DNA from: Candidatus Stercoripulliclostridium sp. | Lineage (GTDB): Bacteria; Bacillota; Clostridia; Christensenellales; DTU072 | Assembly: GCA_045577735.1 (NCBI GenBank) | Contig: JAZNIY010000017.1 | Coordinates: forward strand, 6,972-70,971 | Length of the DNA: 64,000 nucleotides | Direction of reading: 5' to 3' | Part shown: in pieces, positions 37,372 to 49,431 of the stretch | Numbering within the stretch: the stretch's first letter is position 1 | Layout of the letters: each line of letters starts with the position of its first letter | Notes under the pieces: model-generated | Databases searched by the model: none | What the model was told of the DNA's origin: nothing | The model's input: the letters and a program-made list of their open reading frames with translations, nothing else | Translations under genes and position numbers: made by a program

Positions 37372-39852
37372 CTATGCCTTTTTGATTTTTAGCGTTGCTT
37401 TTATTTTTTCTATAATGGGGTTTATGACTCCGTTGATTTTTAATTTGACTTTTCCAATTAGCCTACTAATGGCATCTATCCACTTTTGGGGAATATATTT
37501 TATTGCAAAATATAAACCTATGAATATTCCTATGCCACCAACAGATACGGGTAAAGCAAGGATTAGCATATCAATATTGTACTCGTGGCATAAGCCGAAC
37601 AACGTCCTTGAGAACTCTAGGAAGAAGCAAGCCGTAAAGAATAGTGCCAATACGGCTATTAATGCAACACGTAGCTTGGTAAAGGGTATACAAAGTTTAA
37701 CTATAAAGGTTAAGCCTATTGCTACCGTTACGATTACACATACCGTGGAAAGCTGTGCTTCGCTTAACGTCAACGCAGGTGCTGCGAGATATACCGTCAG
37801 TACTGCAAGTACGATTGCTATGGAACAAGGAAGGGCGTTCCTTATTACCGTAGGCATAAATCTACCCTTTACAATTTCCCTGTTTGGCTCTAGTGCAAGT
37901 ATGAATGCCGGAGGCCCAATTGTAATGTATCCTACAAGCGTCAAGTTCTTGGGAGCAAATGGTAATGATGCCGAAAGTATCATAAAGATGAATGCAAACG
38001 CGCAGTTATATAACGTCTTTATTAGGAATAGCGCGGCACTTCTTTGTAGGTTGTTTATGCACCTTCTACCCTCTGCAACAACTTTGGGCATACTTGCAAA
38101 ATTGTCATCCAAAAGCACCAATTTGGATACGTTTTTGCTTGCATCCGAACCACTGGCGACGGCAATAGAGCAGTCAGCTTCGCGAAGGGCAAGAACGTCG
38201 TTAACACCGTCACCCGTCATGCCTACCGTATGTCCTTTTTGCTTTAATGCTTTAACAAGCATCAATTTTTGGTCGGGGGAAACTCTACCGAAAATGGTGT
38301 ATTTTTCAGCAGCTTCATAGACCATTTCTTCCGTTGTTAACGTGCTAGCATCAACGTAGTTTTCAGCGTCCTCCAACCCCGCTCTTGAAGCAACACTTTT
38401 AACGGTAATAGGATTATCACCAGATATAATTTTAATGGTAACGCCCTGTTCCTTGAAGAAGTTAAGGGTGTCTTTTGCTTCTGCTCTAATCTTGTCTGCA
38501 ATAAGCACGAGACCCATGAGTTCCAGTCCCTCGGGAAGAGCGTTGTCTATCATTTGAGAGGTTCCGCTAGCAACGGCAATTACACGCATGCCACGAGCAG
38601 AATAACTCTCTATTTCCTCTTTGAGTTCGGGACTCATATCCTTGAATATAAATTCGGTTGCGCCCATTAATAAGGAGCCGTTTTCAAGGTTTATTCCACT
38701 ATATTTTCTTTGAGAACTAAAGGGTACTACGGAAACAGCGTTTTGGTAATTGGTTAGCTTAACCGTATAATCTTTAATCGCAAGTGCAGTAGGATTGGTA
38801 TCCCCCACGTTATTTACCAGCGATGCCAGTGCGTTTTTAATCTCTTCGAGGCTTCCACTCTTTTCGACAATTTCGGTTACTTCCATTTTGCCCTCGGTAA
38901 TGGTGCCGGTTTTGTCCAAACAAAGCACGTCTACGCGAGCAAGAATTTCCGAACAGTATAGGTCTTGAGCAAGGGTGTTGTGACGAGAAAGTTTAACTAC
39001 GGACACACAAAATACAGCCGAAGTCAAAGCAACTAGTCCACTTGGAATCATGCCGATTAAGGTTCCCATAACCGTCAAAACGGTTTCGTTAAGTTCATTA
39101 TTTTGCATAAAATACTTTACACAGAATAGTGCTACTCCAAGGGGAACGAGTATGATGCTCATAATCTTAATAAACTTTGTGAGCGAGGTTGCAATTTCAC
39201 TATTTTGGGCCTTGAGTTTCTTTGCACCCATTGTGATTTTAGTTGCGTAGTTGTCTTGTCCAACGTGAATTACCTTGCTAACTGCAGTACCGCTAATTAC
39301 GAAACTACCACTAAGTAGTTCGTCTCCCACGCCCTTGGTTATTGGGTCGGATTCACCCGTAATTAGAGATTCGTTTACTTCTATGGTGCCCTCAACGACA
39401 ACGGCATCAGCACAAATTTGACTGCCACTGGCAAGTTCAATATAATCGTCCAGCACAATATCTTTAAGTGCGATATTTACCTTTTCACCATTACGAATTG
39501 CAACGACCTTAGGCGCACTCAAAAGTGAGAGCTTGTCTATGGTTCTTTTTGCCTTTAACTCTTGGAATATACCCATAAACAGATTGGTAATAACCACAAG
39601 CAAAAAGCCGAAGTTGGACAGTCCGTCCATATTCTTGGGAACAAAGAACAATAGAATTACGCTTATTGCCACAAACAGTAAGTTAAAGAAGGTTATAATA
39701 TTAGTTCTTAAAATTTGGGCAACAGACTTGGTTTTAACGTTTTGGTCGCCGTTAACCTTACCACTAGCAATTCTTTCCTGCACTTCGGCATTGGAAAGCC
39801 CTACTATTTTATCTTCATTCATACACGTCTCTTTTACTTCCATAGAGATCAT
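37372..39852 (-). CDS. Cation-transporting P-type ATPase
   Basis: 826 aa with ITGES, DKTGTITEG and TGDGVNDVLAL motifs. Confidence 0.9.
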   Translation of the reverse strand: MISMEVKETCMNEDKIVGLSNAEVQERIASGKVNGDQNVKTKSVAQILRTNIITFFNLLFVAISVILLFFVPKNMDGLSNFGFLLVVITNLFMGIFQELKAKRTIDKLSLLSAPKVVAIRNGEKVNIALKDIVLDDYIELASGSQICADAVVVEGTIEVNESLITGESDPITKGVGDELLSGSFVISGTAVSKVIHVGQDNYATKITMGAKKLKAQNSEIATSLTKFIKIMSIILVPLGVALFCVKYFMQNNELNETVLTVMGTLIGMIPSGLVALTSAVFCVSVVKLSRHNTLAQDLYCSEILARVDVLCLDKTGTITEGKMEVTEIVEKSGSLEEIKNALASLVNNVGDTNPTALAIKDYTVKLTNYQNAVSVVPFSSQRKYSGINLENGSLLMGATEFIFKDMSPELKEEIESYSARGMRVIAVASGTSQMIDNALPEGLELMGLVLIADKIRAEAKDTLNFFKEQGVTIKIISGDNPITVKSVASRAGLEDAENYVDASTLTTEEMVYEAAEKYTIFGRVSPDQKLMLVKALKQKGHTVGMTGDGVNDVLALREADCSIAVASGSDASKNVSKLVLLDDNFASMPKVVAEGRRCINNLQRSAALFLIKTLYNCAFAFIFMILSASLPFAPKNLTLVGYITIGPPAFILALEPNREIVKGRFMPTVIRNALPCSIAIVLAVLTVYLAAPALTLSEAQLSTVCVIVTVAIGLTFIVKLCIPFTKLRVALIAVLALFFTACFFLEFSRTLFGLCHEYNIDMLILALPVSVGGIGIFIGLYFAIKYIPQKWIDAISRLIGKVKLKINGVINPIIEKIKATLKIKKA

Positions 39853-39990
39853 CCTTTAGGTATTAGATATATTCATTATAGCACACGCGTATTTTGCGCG
39901 CAAGATATAATATTTCATATTGAATTATAATATTTATAGTGATATAATAATTCAAAGGGAAAATTAAATTTATATTAGTGGAGGTCAAAT

Positions 39991-41382
39991 ATGGGAAACA
40001 CTTTTGCCAAAAGGTTATCCATCACGTTAGTAGTAATTTTACTTGCTCTCACTATAACGCTAGGTGCAGTTGGTTTTGTTGCAAAAAAAGAGCCAAAGCG
40101 CGCCATAGTAATAGTTACGGCCTTCCTCTCCGGTGGACTCTATCTTAATAATGAAGACGGCACCCAAACCCAACTTTGGGACCCCGCGCTAAATTATGAA
40201 GATTTCCCTGTTCAAGAGGTTATGGACCCCGTTAACGGCCTAGTCCTATCCGAAGACTTAATCAGCAAAGTTATTTCGGGCGTTGGTGGTTTCCCCAAAC
40301 TTCTCAACATACTGCTTGATGAAGAAGCAAGCATTTTTAACAATCTTAAAGTTGATATCGTAACGGGCAAATCCATTAAGGATATTTCCCCAGCTAATCC
40401 CGATTCACCCAATCGTTTGAAGTATGGTGCTATAAATTGCTATAGACAAACCTATGACGAAATGGTTGCAGAATATGGCGATATTGCAGAAGTCGTGGTA
40501 TTCAACTATGACTGGCGCCTTGACAACGAGGATAACGCAAAACTTCTTGAAGAGTTTATTAACGAACGCGAATATGACGAAATCGTACTAACCAGCCACA
40601 GTATGGGCGGAAACGTGGTAAGCTTATATCTGCAAAAGGAAGAAAATCGCGACAAAGTTGTGCTTTATGCTCCCTATGCTCCCGCAACGCTAGGTGCCGT
40701 TGATGCTCTGGTATATCTTGAGGACCCTGCCAGACTGCTTGCCGGAATGAATCTTGGCGCTCTAGGTGGCATTGGAAGCCTACTTGATATTGAAGGAATA
40801 GTTCGCGACGTTGCAACCCCCTTCCTAAGATGTCTTGTAAGTATGTACCAACTCCTTCCCTCACCCTATCTTATGACGAGTGGTCAATATTCCAACACCG
40901 GCGACGACTTTATGATTACCGTTGACGGCAATCCCATTACAACGGCAGAAGAGTTGATATCATTCTATAAATCACGCCCCTATGCAAAAGTTGACGGCGA
41001 ATGGATATATCCCCTACAAGTGGAAGAAAACGGCAAGACCAGACTGGAAAACTATTGGGAAAATTCCCGCGTTATGGTTGACGGAGTCTCCACCCACACC
41101 ACAAATCTTGTTAATACCACTTACTTTATAGGCGTTGGTCAAAACGGTGCAGAGGGAGCAAACTTTATCACCAATGAAAATGGTGAAGTAGTACTTGATA
41201 CCGTTCGTTACACTACCAATGGCGACAATATGGTTCTTGAGTATTCTGCAACCTGCGGTAACGATCCTTACGCCGATAACGTAGTACGCATTTCTAACGG
41301 CCACCTTAACGTTGGCGTAAACTTTAACGTATTACTAAAAGAACGCACCTTTGAAGAAATAAATAAGGTTTGGAGAGATTAG
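39991..41382 (+). CDS. Membrane-anchored LCAT/lipase-like alpha/beta hydrolase
   Basis: N-terminal TM and nucleophile elbow SHSMGG. Confidence 0.6.
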   Translation: MGNTFAKRLSITLVVILLALTITLGAVGFVAKKEPKRAIVIVTAFLSGGLYLNNEDGTQTQLWDPALNYEDFPVQEVMDPVNGLVLSEDLISKVISGVGGFPKLLNILLDEEASIFNNLKVDIVTGKSIKDISPANPDSPNRLKYGAINCYRQTYDEMVAEYGDIAEVVVFNYDWRLDNEDNAKLLEEFINEREYDEIVLTSHSMGGNVVSLYLQKEENRDKVVLYAPYAPATLGAVDALVYLEDPARLLAGMNLGALGGIGSLLDIEGIVRDVATPFLRCLVSMYQLLPSPYLMTSGQYSNTGDDFMITVDGNPITTAEELISFYKSRPYAKVDGEWIYPLQVEENGKTRLENYWENSRVMVDGVSTHTTNLVNTTYFIGVGQNGAEGANFITNENGEVVLDTVRYTTNGDNMVLEYSATCGNDPYADNVVRISNGHLNVGVNFNVLLKERTFEEINKVWRD

Positions 41383-41400
41383 TTTTTACTTTGTAAGCAC

Positions 41401-41430
41401 AAAAAAAGAGCGGTTAACCCGCTCTTTTTT
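41401..41430. terminator. Bidirectional terminator
   Basis: An A-run, gagcgg / ccgctc, then a T-run. Confidence 0.75.
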
Positions 41431-41441
41431 AATTTGTTGTA

Positions 41442-42401
41442 TTACAGACTTTCAATAAATTCGCTCAGTGCATTTTTGTAGCCCTCGGTATCATTAAAGA
41501 TTGCTTGGGCGTGACCTGCAGATTCTACAACGAATTTTTTCGTGGGAGCAGAACAACTATCTACTAAAGCGTTGCACATATAATAAGGAACGAACATATC
41601 CTTTGCGCCGTGTACGAAGAGTACGGGAACGGCACTATTTGCTACTGCCTTAATGGAGCTATCTTTAAAACCAACCTTCGCGAATCTCTTTGAGAAGTAT
41701 TCTGCAATGTGCAAAATGGGGAAGGGTGAGAGGTGATATATTTGTTTAATTTGATACACGAATACGTCCCAAGGCTTGCTAAATGCACTATCACTAATTA
41801 TGCCCTTAACCTCGCTACCAACGTCACCGGAAACCAGAAGCGCAGAGTTCGCACCTATGTCAATACCATGAACAATGATGCTACCACCCTCAACGAGTTC
41901 GTTGATCTTGGATATCCAAGAAAGCAAATCGTGTGATTCCTTTTTGCCAAACGTTATATGTTTGCCACCGCTTTCAGCGTGTCCGCGTGATGTAACGAGT
42001 AATACGTTATATCCCTTTTCCATATAGAAAGGAACAAAGGCAGAAAAACATTTTACGCCAGAGGTAAGATATCCGGGCAAACAAATAACGGTTTTCTTTG
42101 AATCATCAACTTTATAAAATCTTGCAAAAAGTCTTACGTCATCACTAGCCGTTACGGATTCCCAAGTAAAGGACGTGCCTTTTAGTGCGCTATAACTATC
42201 GTCACGGAAATCGTTAAAATCTTGTAAGTTAGGTCCAAGAGCACCGACGTATGGACTTTGCTCCAACCTATCAATTGATTCTTTTCTATGACAAAGGTCT
42301 TTGTAAGTGAGATAACCGCAAAGGAAAAGCACGGCAATAATAATGCCACATGCGATTAGCAAACATCCTATTGAAAGACCAACTATTTCAGGTATAGTCA
42401 T
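41442..42401 (-). CDS. Membrane-anchored alpha/beta hydrolase-fold protein
   Basis: 319 aa with an N-terminal TM. The elbow reads GIDIG, with Asp at the nucleophile position. Confidence 0.6.
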   Translation of the reverse strand: MTIPEIVGLSIGCLLIACGIIIAVLFLCGYLTYKDLCHRKESIDRLEQSPYVGALGPNLQDFNDFRDDSYSALKGTSFTWESVTASDDVRLFARFYKVDDSKKTVICLPGYLTSGVKCFSAFVPFYMEKGYNVLLVTSRGHAESGGKHITFGKKESHDLLSWISKINELVEGGSIIVHGIDIGANSALLVSGDVGSEVKGIISDSAFSKPWDVFVYQIKQIYHLSPFPILHIAEYFSKRFAKVGFKDSSIKAVANSAVPVLFVHGAKDMFVPYYMCNALVDSCSAPTKKFVVESAGHAQAIFNDTEGYKNALSEFIESL

Positions 42402-42531
42402 AATTAACTCCTAAAACTATGTTTTATTACCCTAATTATAACCCTTTGGTTATTTTTTGTAAAGTATTTTGTCTTGAACAACTCTTTAGGCTATGTTATA
42501 ATAAGTATATTAACCCCACTTAGGAGTATTT

Positions 42532-44190
42532 ATGAAACTTTACGTAATGACGGATATTCACCTCTATTCCAAACGCAACTGGTTAGCCGACCCGTACAAA
42601 TGGGAAAGAAAGGCAACCCAAATGCAAATGCGCGAATCGGAGGACATCATACGCGAAGCCTTTGATATTATACTTAACGACCCCGAGACTAACACCGTTT
42701 TAATCACAGGCGACCTTACCGATAACGGCGAAATAAATTCGCACGAGGATCTTCTAAAAATTTTTGAAGAGTACACCCAAAAGGGATTGCGTATTCTTGT
42801 TACAACCTCCACCCACGATTATCGTGAGCTAAAGAAGACGAAATATAGCAAAGTCGACCAAAACAAGGGTCTGTCTTACGGCTATGACGAGGAGTACAAC
42901 TACAAAAAATTTCTCCCCTGTGCAAAGCGCGAAGACTTGCGCACGTGGTACGCTCCCTACGGTAGAAGTAAAGCCGTAAACGAGCACTATGACAGCATGT
43001 CTTACTCCTATGATTTGGACGAAAAATATCGTTTGATTGCCATAAACGACGACTATATTGCAAACGAGAAAAATAGTCATCGTGGACTAAACGAAGAGCA
43101 ATTAAGTTGGATTTTAAACGAGGCAAAAAGAGCTATTGAAGAGGGCAAAAAAATCGTATGCTTTACGCACCATCCCGTTTTAACGCCCAGCCCTATCTAC
43201 AAACTTATTGGCAGTCACGACGTCATTGCAGACAACGTTAATCTTGCAAACGCACTTGCCGATAACGGCATTAACGTTATTTACACCGGTCACTCACATA
43301 TTCACGATATAGAGTACCACAAAAGCGAAAATGGGAATCTGCTTTACGATATTTCAACCGGCGCGCTTGTCGGCTCGCCCCCGCTTATGCGTAAGGTTTG
43401 TTACCTTGACGACGGCAGAATTGACGTTAAGACCATAGTAATACAAAACCTTTCACGCTTTGACCTTGAGGGCAAAACTTTACCGGAGTATTGCCGTGAG
43501 GGCTTCTTTGGTATGATAGAGGATATGGTTAACGAAATGAGTGGGGATATGGTTAATTTTGCAATATACGCGAACGCCATTTCCATTCGTCCCTGGACCG
43601 TTTACCAATTTTGGTGGCTGTTCAAATCAGTTGGTATTTTCCTAAACAAATTAACCATCGGTAAGGTTTACAAGTGGTGTAAAAAAGAAAGTAAACTAAC
43701 GCCCGAGAAAGTTGCCCCCATTAAAAACAAAAAGGTTGTTCCTCTAATTTTAGAAATGGTGGAAAAACTCTACGCCGGCAATGCAGACCTAAGTCCCGAC
43801 AAGCCCGAGTTTAGCGTCGTTATGGGTACCGTTGCCATAATTGACGATTTAATAAAAACGTTGGGGATTCCTCTTAAAAAACTAATTGGGTTTGACTCGG
43901 TAAAAGAGATAGTCGAGCCTCTTGCATACAATAACGGCATTGACGATTATAACGCCGTTATTACCCCAAGCGAGGAGCCTACTCCAAACGAGCCACTCCC
44001 CTCGTTCGAGTCAAGAAAGGGCGTTGGCATCATAATTACTATTGTACTTGGCGTTCTACTGACCTTCCCCATTCTTGTACCCAGCGTTTTGGTACTGGCA
44101 ATACTAATTGGGCTTCGTGGAGTATTTAACCCATACAAGAATTACAAAAGAGTGCTTCCGCCAAGAGTAGACAAGAAAAAGAACAAATAA
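42532..44190 (+). CDS. Metallophosphoesterase with a C-terminal TM anchor
   Basis: TDIHLYS, GDLTDNG and GHSHIHD motifs. Confidence 0.75.
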   Translation: MKLYVMTDIHLYSKRNWLADPYKWERKATQMQMRESEDIIREAFDIILNDPETNTVLITGDLTDNGEINSHEDLLKIFEEYTQKGLRILVTTSTHDYRELKKTKYSKVDQNKGLSYGYDEEYNYKKFLPCAKREDLRTWYAPYGRSKAVNEHYDSMSYSYDLDEKYRLIAINDDYIANEKNSHRGLNEEQLSWILNEAKRAIEEGKKIVCFTHHPVLTPSPIYKLIGSHDVIADNVNLANALADNGINVIYTGHSHIHDIEYHKSENGNLLYDISTGALVGSPPLMRKVCYLDDGRIDVKTIVIQNLSRFDLEGKTLPEYCREGFFGMIEDMVNEMSGDMVNFAIYANAISIRPWTVYQFWWLFKSVGIFLNKLTIGKVYKWCKKESKLTPEKVAPIKNKKVVPLILEMVEKLYAGNADLSPDKPEFSVVMGTVAIIDDLIKTLGIPLKKLIGFDSVKEIVEPLAYNNGIDDYNAVITPSEEPTPNEPLPSFESRKGVGIIITIVLGVLLTFPILVPSVLVLAILIGLRGVFNPYKNYKRVLPPRVDKKKNK

Positions 44191-44209
44191 CGTTACTTAA
44201 AACACACCA

Positions 44210-44239
44210 AACGCACGACGAAGGCCGTGCGTTTTTTTA
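44210..44239 (+). terminator. Rho-independent terminator
   Basis: acgcacg / cgtgcgt followed by a T-run. Confidence 0.7.
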
Positions 44240-44260
44240 TTTTATGAATAATAAAATAAC

Positions 44261-44289
44261 TTGACTATACCCCACGCGTGTTCTATAAT
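44261..44289 (+). promoter_or_regulatory. Near-consensus sigma-A promoter for PFOR
   Basis: TTGACT, a 17-nt spacer, then TATAAT. Confidence 0.65.
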
Positions 44290-44322
44290 ATATACGTATG
44301 CGTACGTATACGCGTGCAATAA

Positions 44323-47856
<3,534 letters not shown>

Positions 47857-47873
47857 TTCGTTAATTTTATATA

Positions 47874-47908
47874 AAATAACGGCTACCGAAAGGTAGCCGT
47901 TTATTTTT
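47874..47908 (+). terminator. Rho-independent terminator after PFOR
   Basis: aacggctacc gaaa ggtagccgtt followed by a T-run. Confidence 0.8.
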
Positions 47909-47977
47909 AATATTAGTTCACGTTAAACAATAATTTTCTTTCATGTTTTTCTCCTGCCTTTAGTTTTCCAAACATTT

Positions 47978-48583
47978 TTAATTAATGCTATTAGTCTCGT
48001 TCGTGGTTACATGGTTTACAGAAAATCTTGTTTTCTTTAAATGTATATATCCATTTGATTTCTCATAAAACACAAATTCAAACCAAGCTCCATTCATAAA
48101 ACTAAACTTAAGTAGTAGTTTACCAGCGTCGTATAAAAACAATTCTTTTGGTAATACCAAAATTTTAGTGGGCTCACCAAACACTTTACGGTCTTTTTCA
48201 TTATACTGAATTGGTGGATACTCGTCCATATAAAACTCTTCTATAACAAACAAGCATTCCATTTCTTCAAAATACGACTCCCGAGCGATTTCCGCAAGAT
48301 CTTCATCGCCACCTGGGTGTGAACTAACATATAACCCAGCCTCTTGATGAGATGGTACCGGATATTCATCTCTTGTTAAATTACTGCCATAATATAATTC
48401 AATAGTAACGTCTTCATCCAATCCAAACGTCATATGTTCATCGTTTATAGTATAACAAAACTGATAATAACGCTTTATAATCTCTTTTGAGCTTTGCCCA
48501 TCATTGTTAATACAACCAACCATAGAAAAAAGTAAAATTAACAACATTAAGCTATTTATTACAAGTAAACATATCTTCTTCAT
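47978..48583 (-). CDS. Lipoprotein, unknown function
   Basis: Signal peptide plus lipobox MVGC. I placed the start at the ATG after a GAGGTG RBS. Confidence 0.6.
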   Translation of the reverse strand: MKKICLLVINSLMLLILLFSMVGCINNDGQSSKEIIKRYYQFCYTINDEHMTFGLDEDVTIELYYGSNLTRDEYPVPSHQEAGLYVSSHPGGDEDLAEIARESYFEEMECLFVIEEFYMDEYPPIQYNEKDRKVFGEPTKILVLPKELFLYDAGKLLLKFSFMNGAWFEFVFYEKSNGYIHLKKTRFSVNHVTTNETNSIN

Positions 48584-48739
48584 TTTTAACACCTCATATT
48601 ATATGGACAATATTGCAAGCCCTAAATGACCAAATTTTGGAATTTTTTTACTTTATATTTACTTATATTAAACATAAAACAAAAGAAAATAACAAATTTC
48701 CTTACTTTTTAACTAATTCTCATATGTTTCCCCACCATT

Positions 48740-48768
48740 AATATACCACCCATCCCCCACCATGTCAA
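48740..48768 (-). promoter_or_regulatory. Candidate promoter for the lipoprotein gene
   Basis: TTGACA, a G-rich 17-nt spacer, then TATATT on the minus strand. Confidence 0.5.
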
Positions 48769-48780
48769 CCCCGAACCTTC

Positions 48781-48855
48781 GTGAGCGCGGAACAGCCTTA
48801 CGGAGTGCGGAGCAACGCTTGCGCGAGTGCGGAGTGCGGAGCGCGGAGTGAGGAA
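48781..48855. repeat. Heptamer repeat block (NNGCGGA), 7 GGA motifs
   Basis: Contains 27-nt and 41-nt blocks identical to 5683-5709 and 5649-5689, in the opposite order. Confidence 0.9.
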
Positions 48856-48919
48856 CGGCTTCACTACGCGTTGCTACGTTCACAAGGAAAAGTTTGAATT
48901 TGTTCTCACCATTGACTAG

Positions 48920-49050
48920 CCTCTTAAAACGCGTTAGTTTGGATGCTAGTCGAAGGAAAATAAAAAAGTTGAGGGGTTGCTGTACTGACGTACTGCGCCC
49001 CGATAACTTCTTTTACTTTTTCAAAGAATAGTGCTAAAATAACGTGTTTT
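48920..49050. repeat. Long-hairpin unit B1 (131 nt; terminal type 1, core type II)
   Basis: Arms AAAACGCGTTAGTTTGG and CTAAAATAACGTGTTTT. Core GGGG-UU-GCUGUAC-UGAC-GUACUGC-G-CCCC. Confidence 0.85.
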
Positions 49051-49063
49051 TACTAGTGTTAGA

Positions 49064-49194
49064 CCTCTAATAAACTTTGGTTTTTAGATGCTAGACAAGA
49101 AAAAGTGAAAAACCGAAAGGTTGCTGTACTAGCGTACTGCTCCTTGAGATTTTTTTGCTATTGACGCAGTATAGCGCTAAAAAACAAAGTCTAT
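49064..49194. repeat. Long-hairpin unit B2 (131 nt; terminal type 2, core type II)
   Basis: Arms ATAAACTTTGGTTTTTAG and CTAAAAAACAAAGTCTAT. The core has an AAGG/CCUU outer stem. Confidence 0.8.
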
Positions 49195-49300
49195 CCCAAG
49201 GGGTTGCTGTAGTAGCAAGTACTGCGCCCTGACGGGGTTTTGGTTTTAACATAGGATAGCACTAAAATGCGCGGTGGGTTGTTCTATTGTTATTGTGGCA
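49195..49300. repeat. Truncated unit B3 (core type II; alternative right junction GCGCGGTGGGTTG)
   Basis: The core is homologous to B1 and B2. The right end CTAAAATGCGCGGTGGGTTGT is identical to 57903-57923. Confidence 0.7.
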
Positions 49301-49431
49301 CCTCTTAAAACGCGTTAGTTTAGATGAAGAACGAGCAAAAAGAAATCCCTCCGACGGGAGTTTACTTTGCGTAAATGACCGAGGAGGGATTTTGTCTTTT
49401 GTGAAGTTATTCGCTAAAATAACGCGTTTTA
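49301..49431. repeat. Long-hairpin unit B4 (131 nt; terminal type 1, core type I)
   Basis: 126 of 131 nt are identical to 57941-58071. Its last bases overlap the dhaK stop codon. Confidence 0.9.

Noticed and set aside
37241-38320. 359-aa plus-strand ORF.
   Set aside because: It lies entirely antisense to the well-supported P-type ATPase gene. It starts with a TTG inside the terminator hairpin and has no RBS or recognisable motif. It is a shadow ORF.
48741-48775. G-quadruplex on the minus strand (GGGG, GGGGG and GGG tracts).
   Set aside because: There are only three runs of three or more G, so a canonical four-tract quadruplex cannot form. I noted it only as a G-rich promoter spacer.
48920-49431. 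CRISPR array interpretation of the repeated units.
   Set aside because: Unit spacing is irregular. The apparent spacers are themselves homologous between units. The repeats are long imperfect palindromes of about 131 nt. No cas genes are present.
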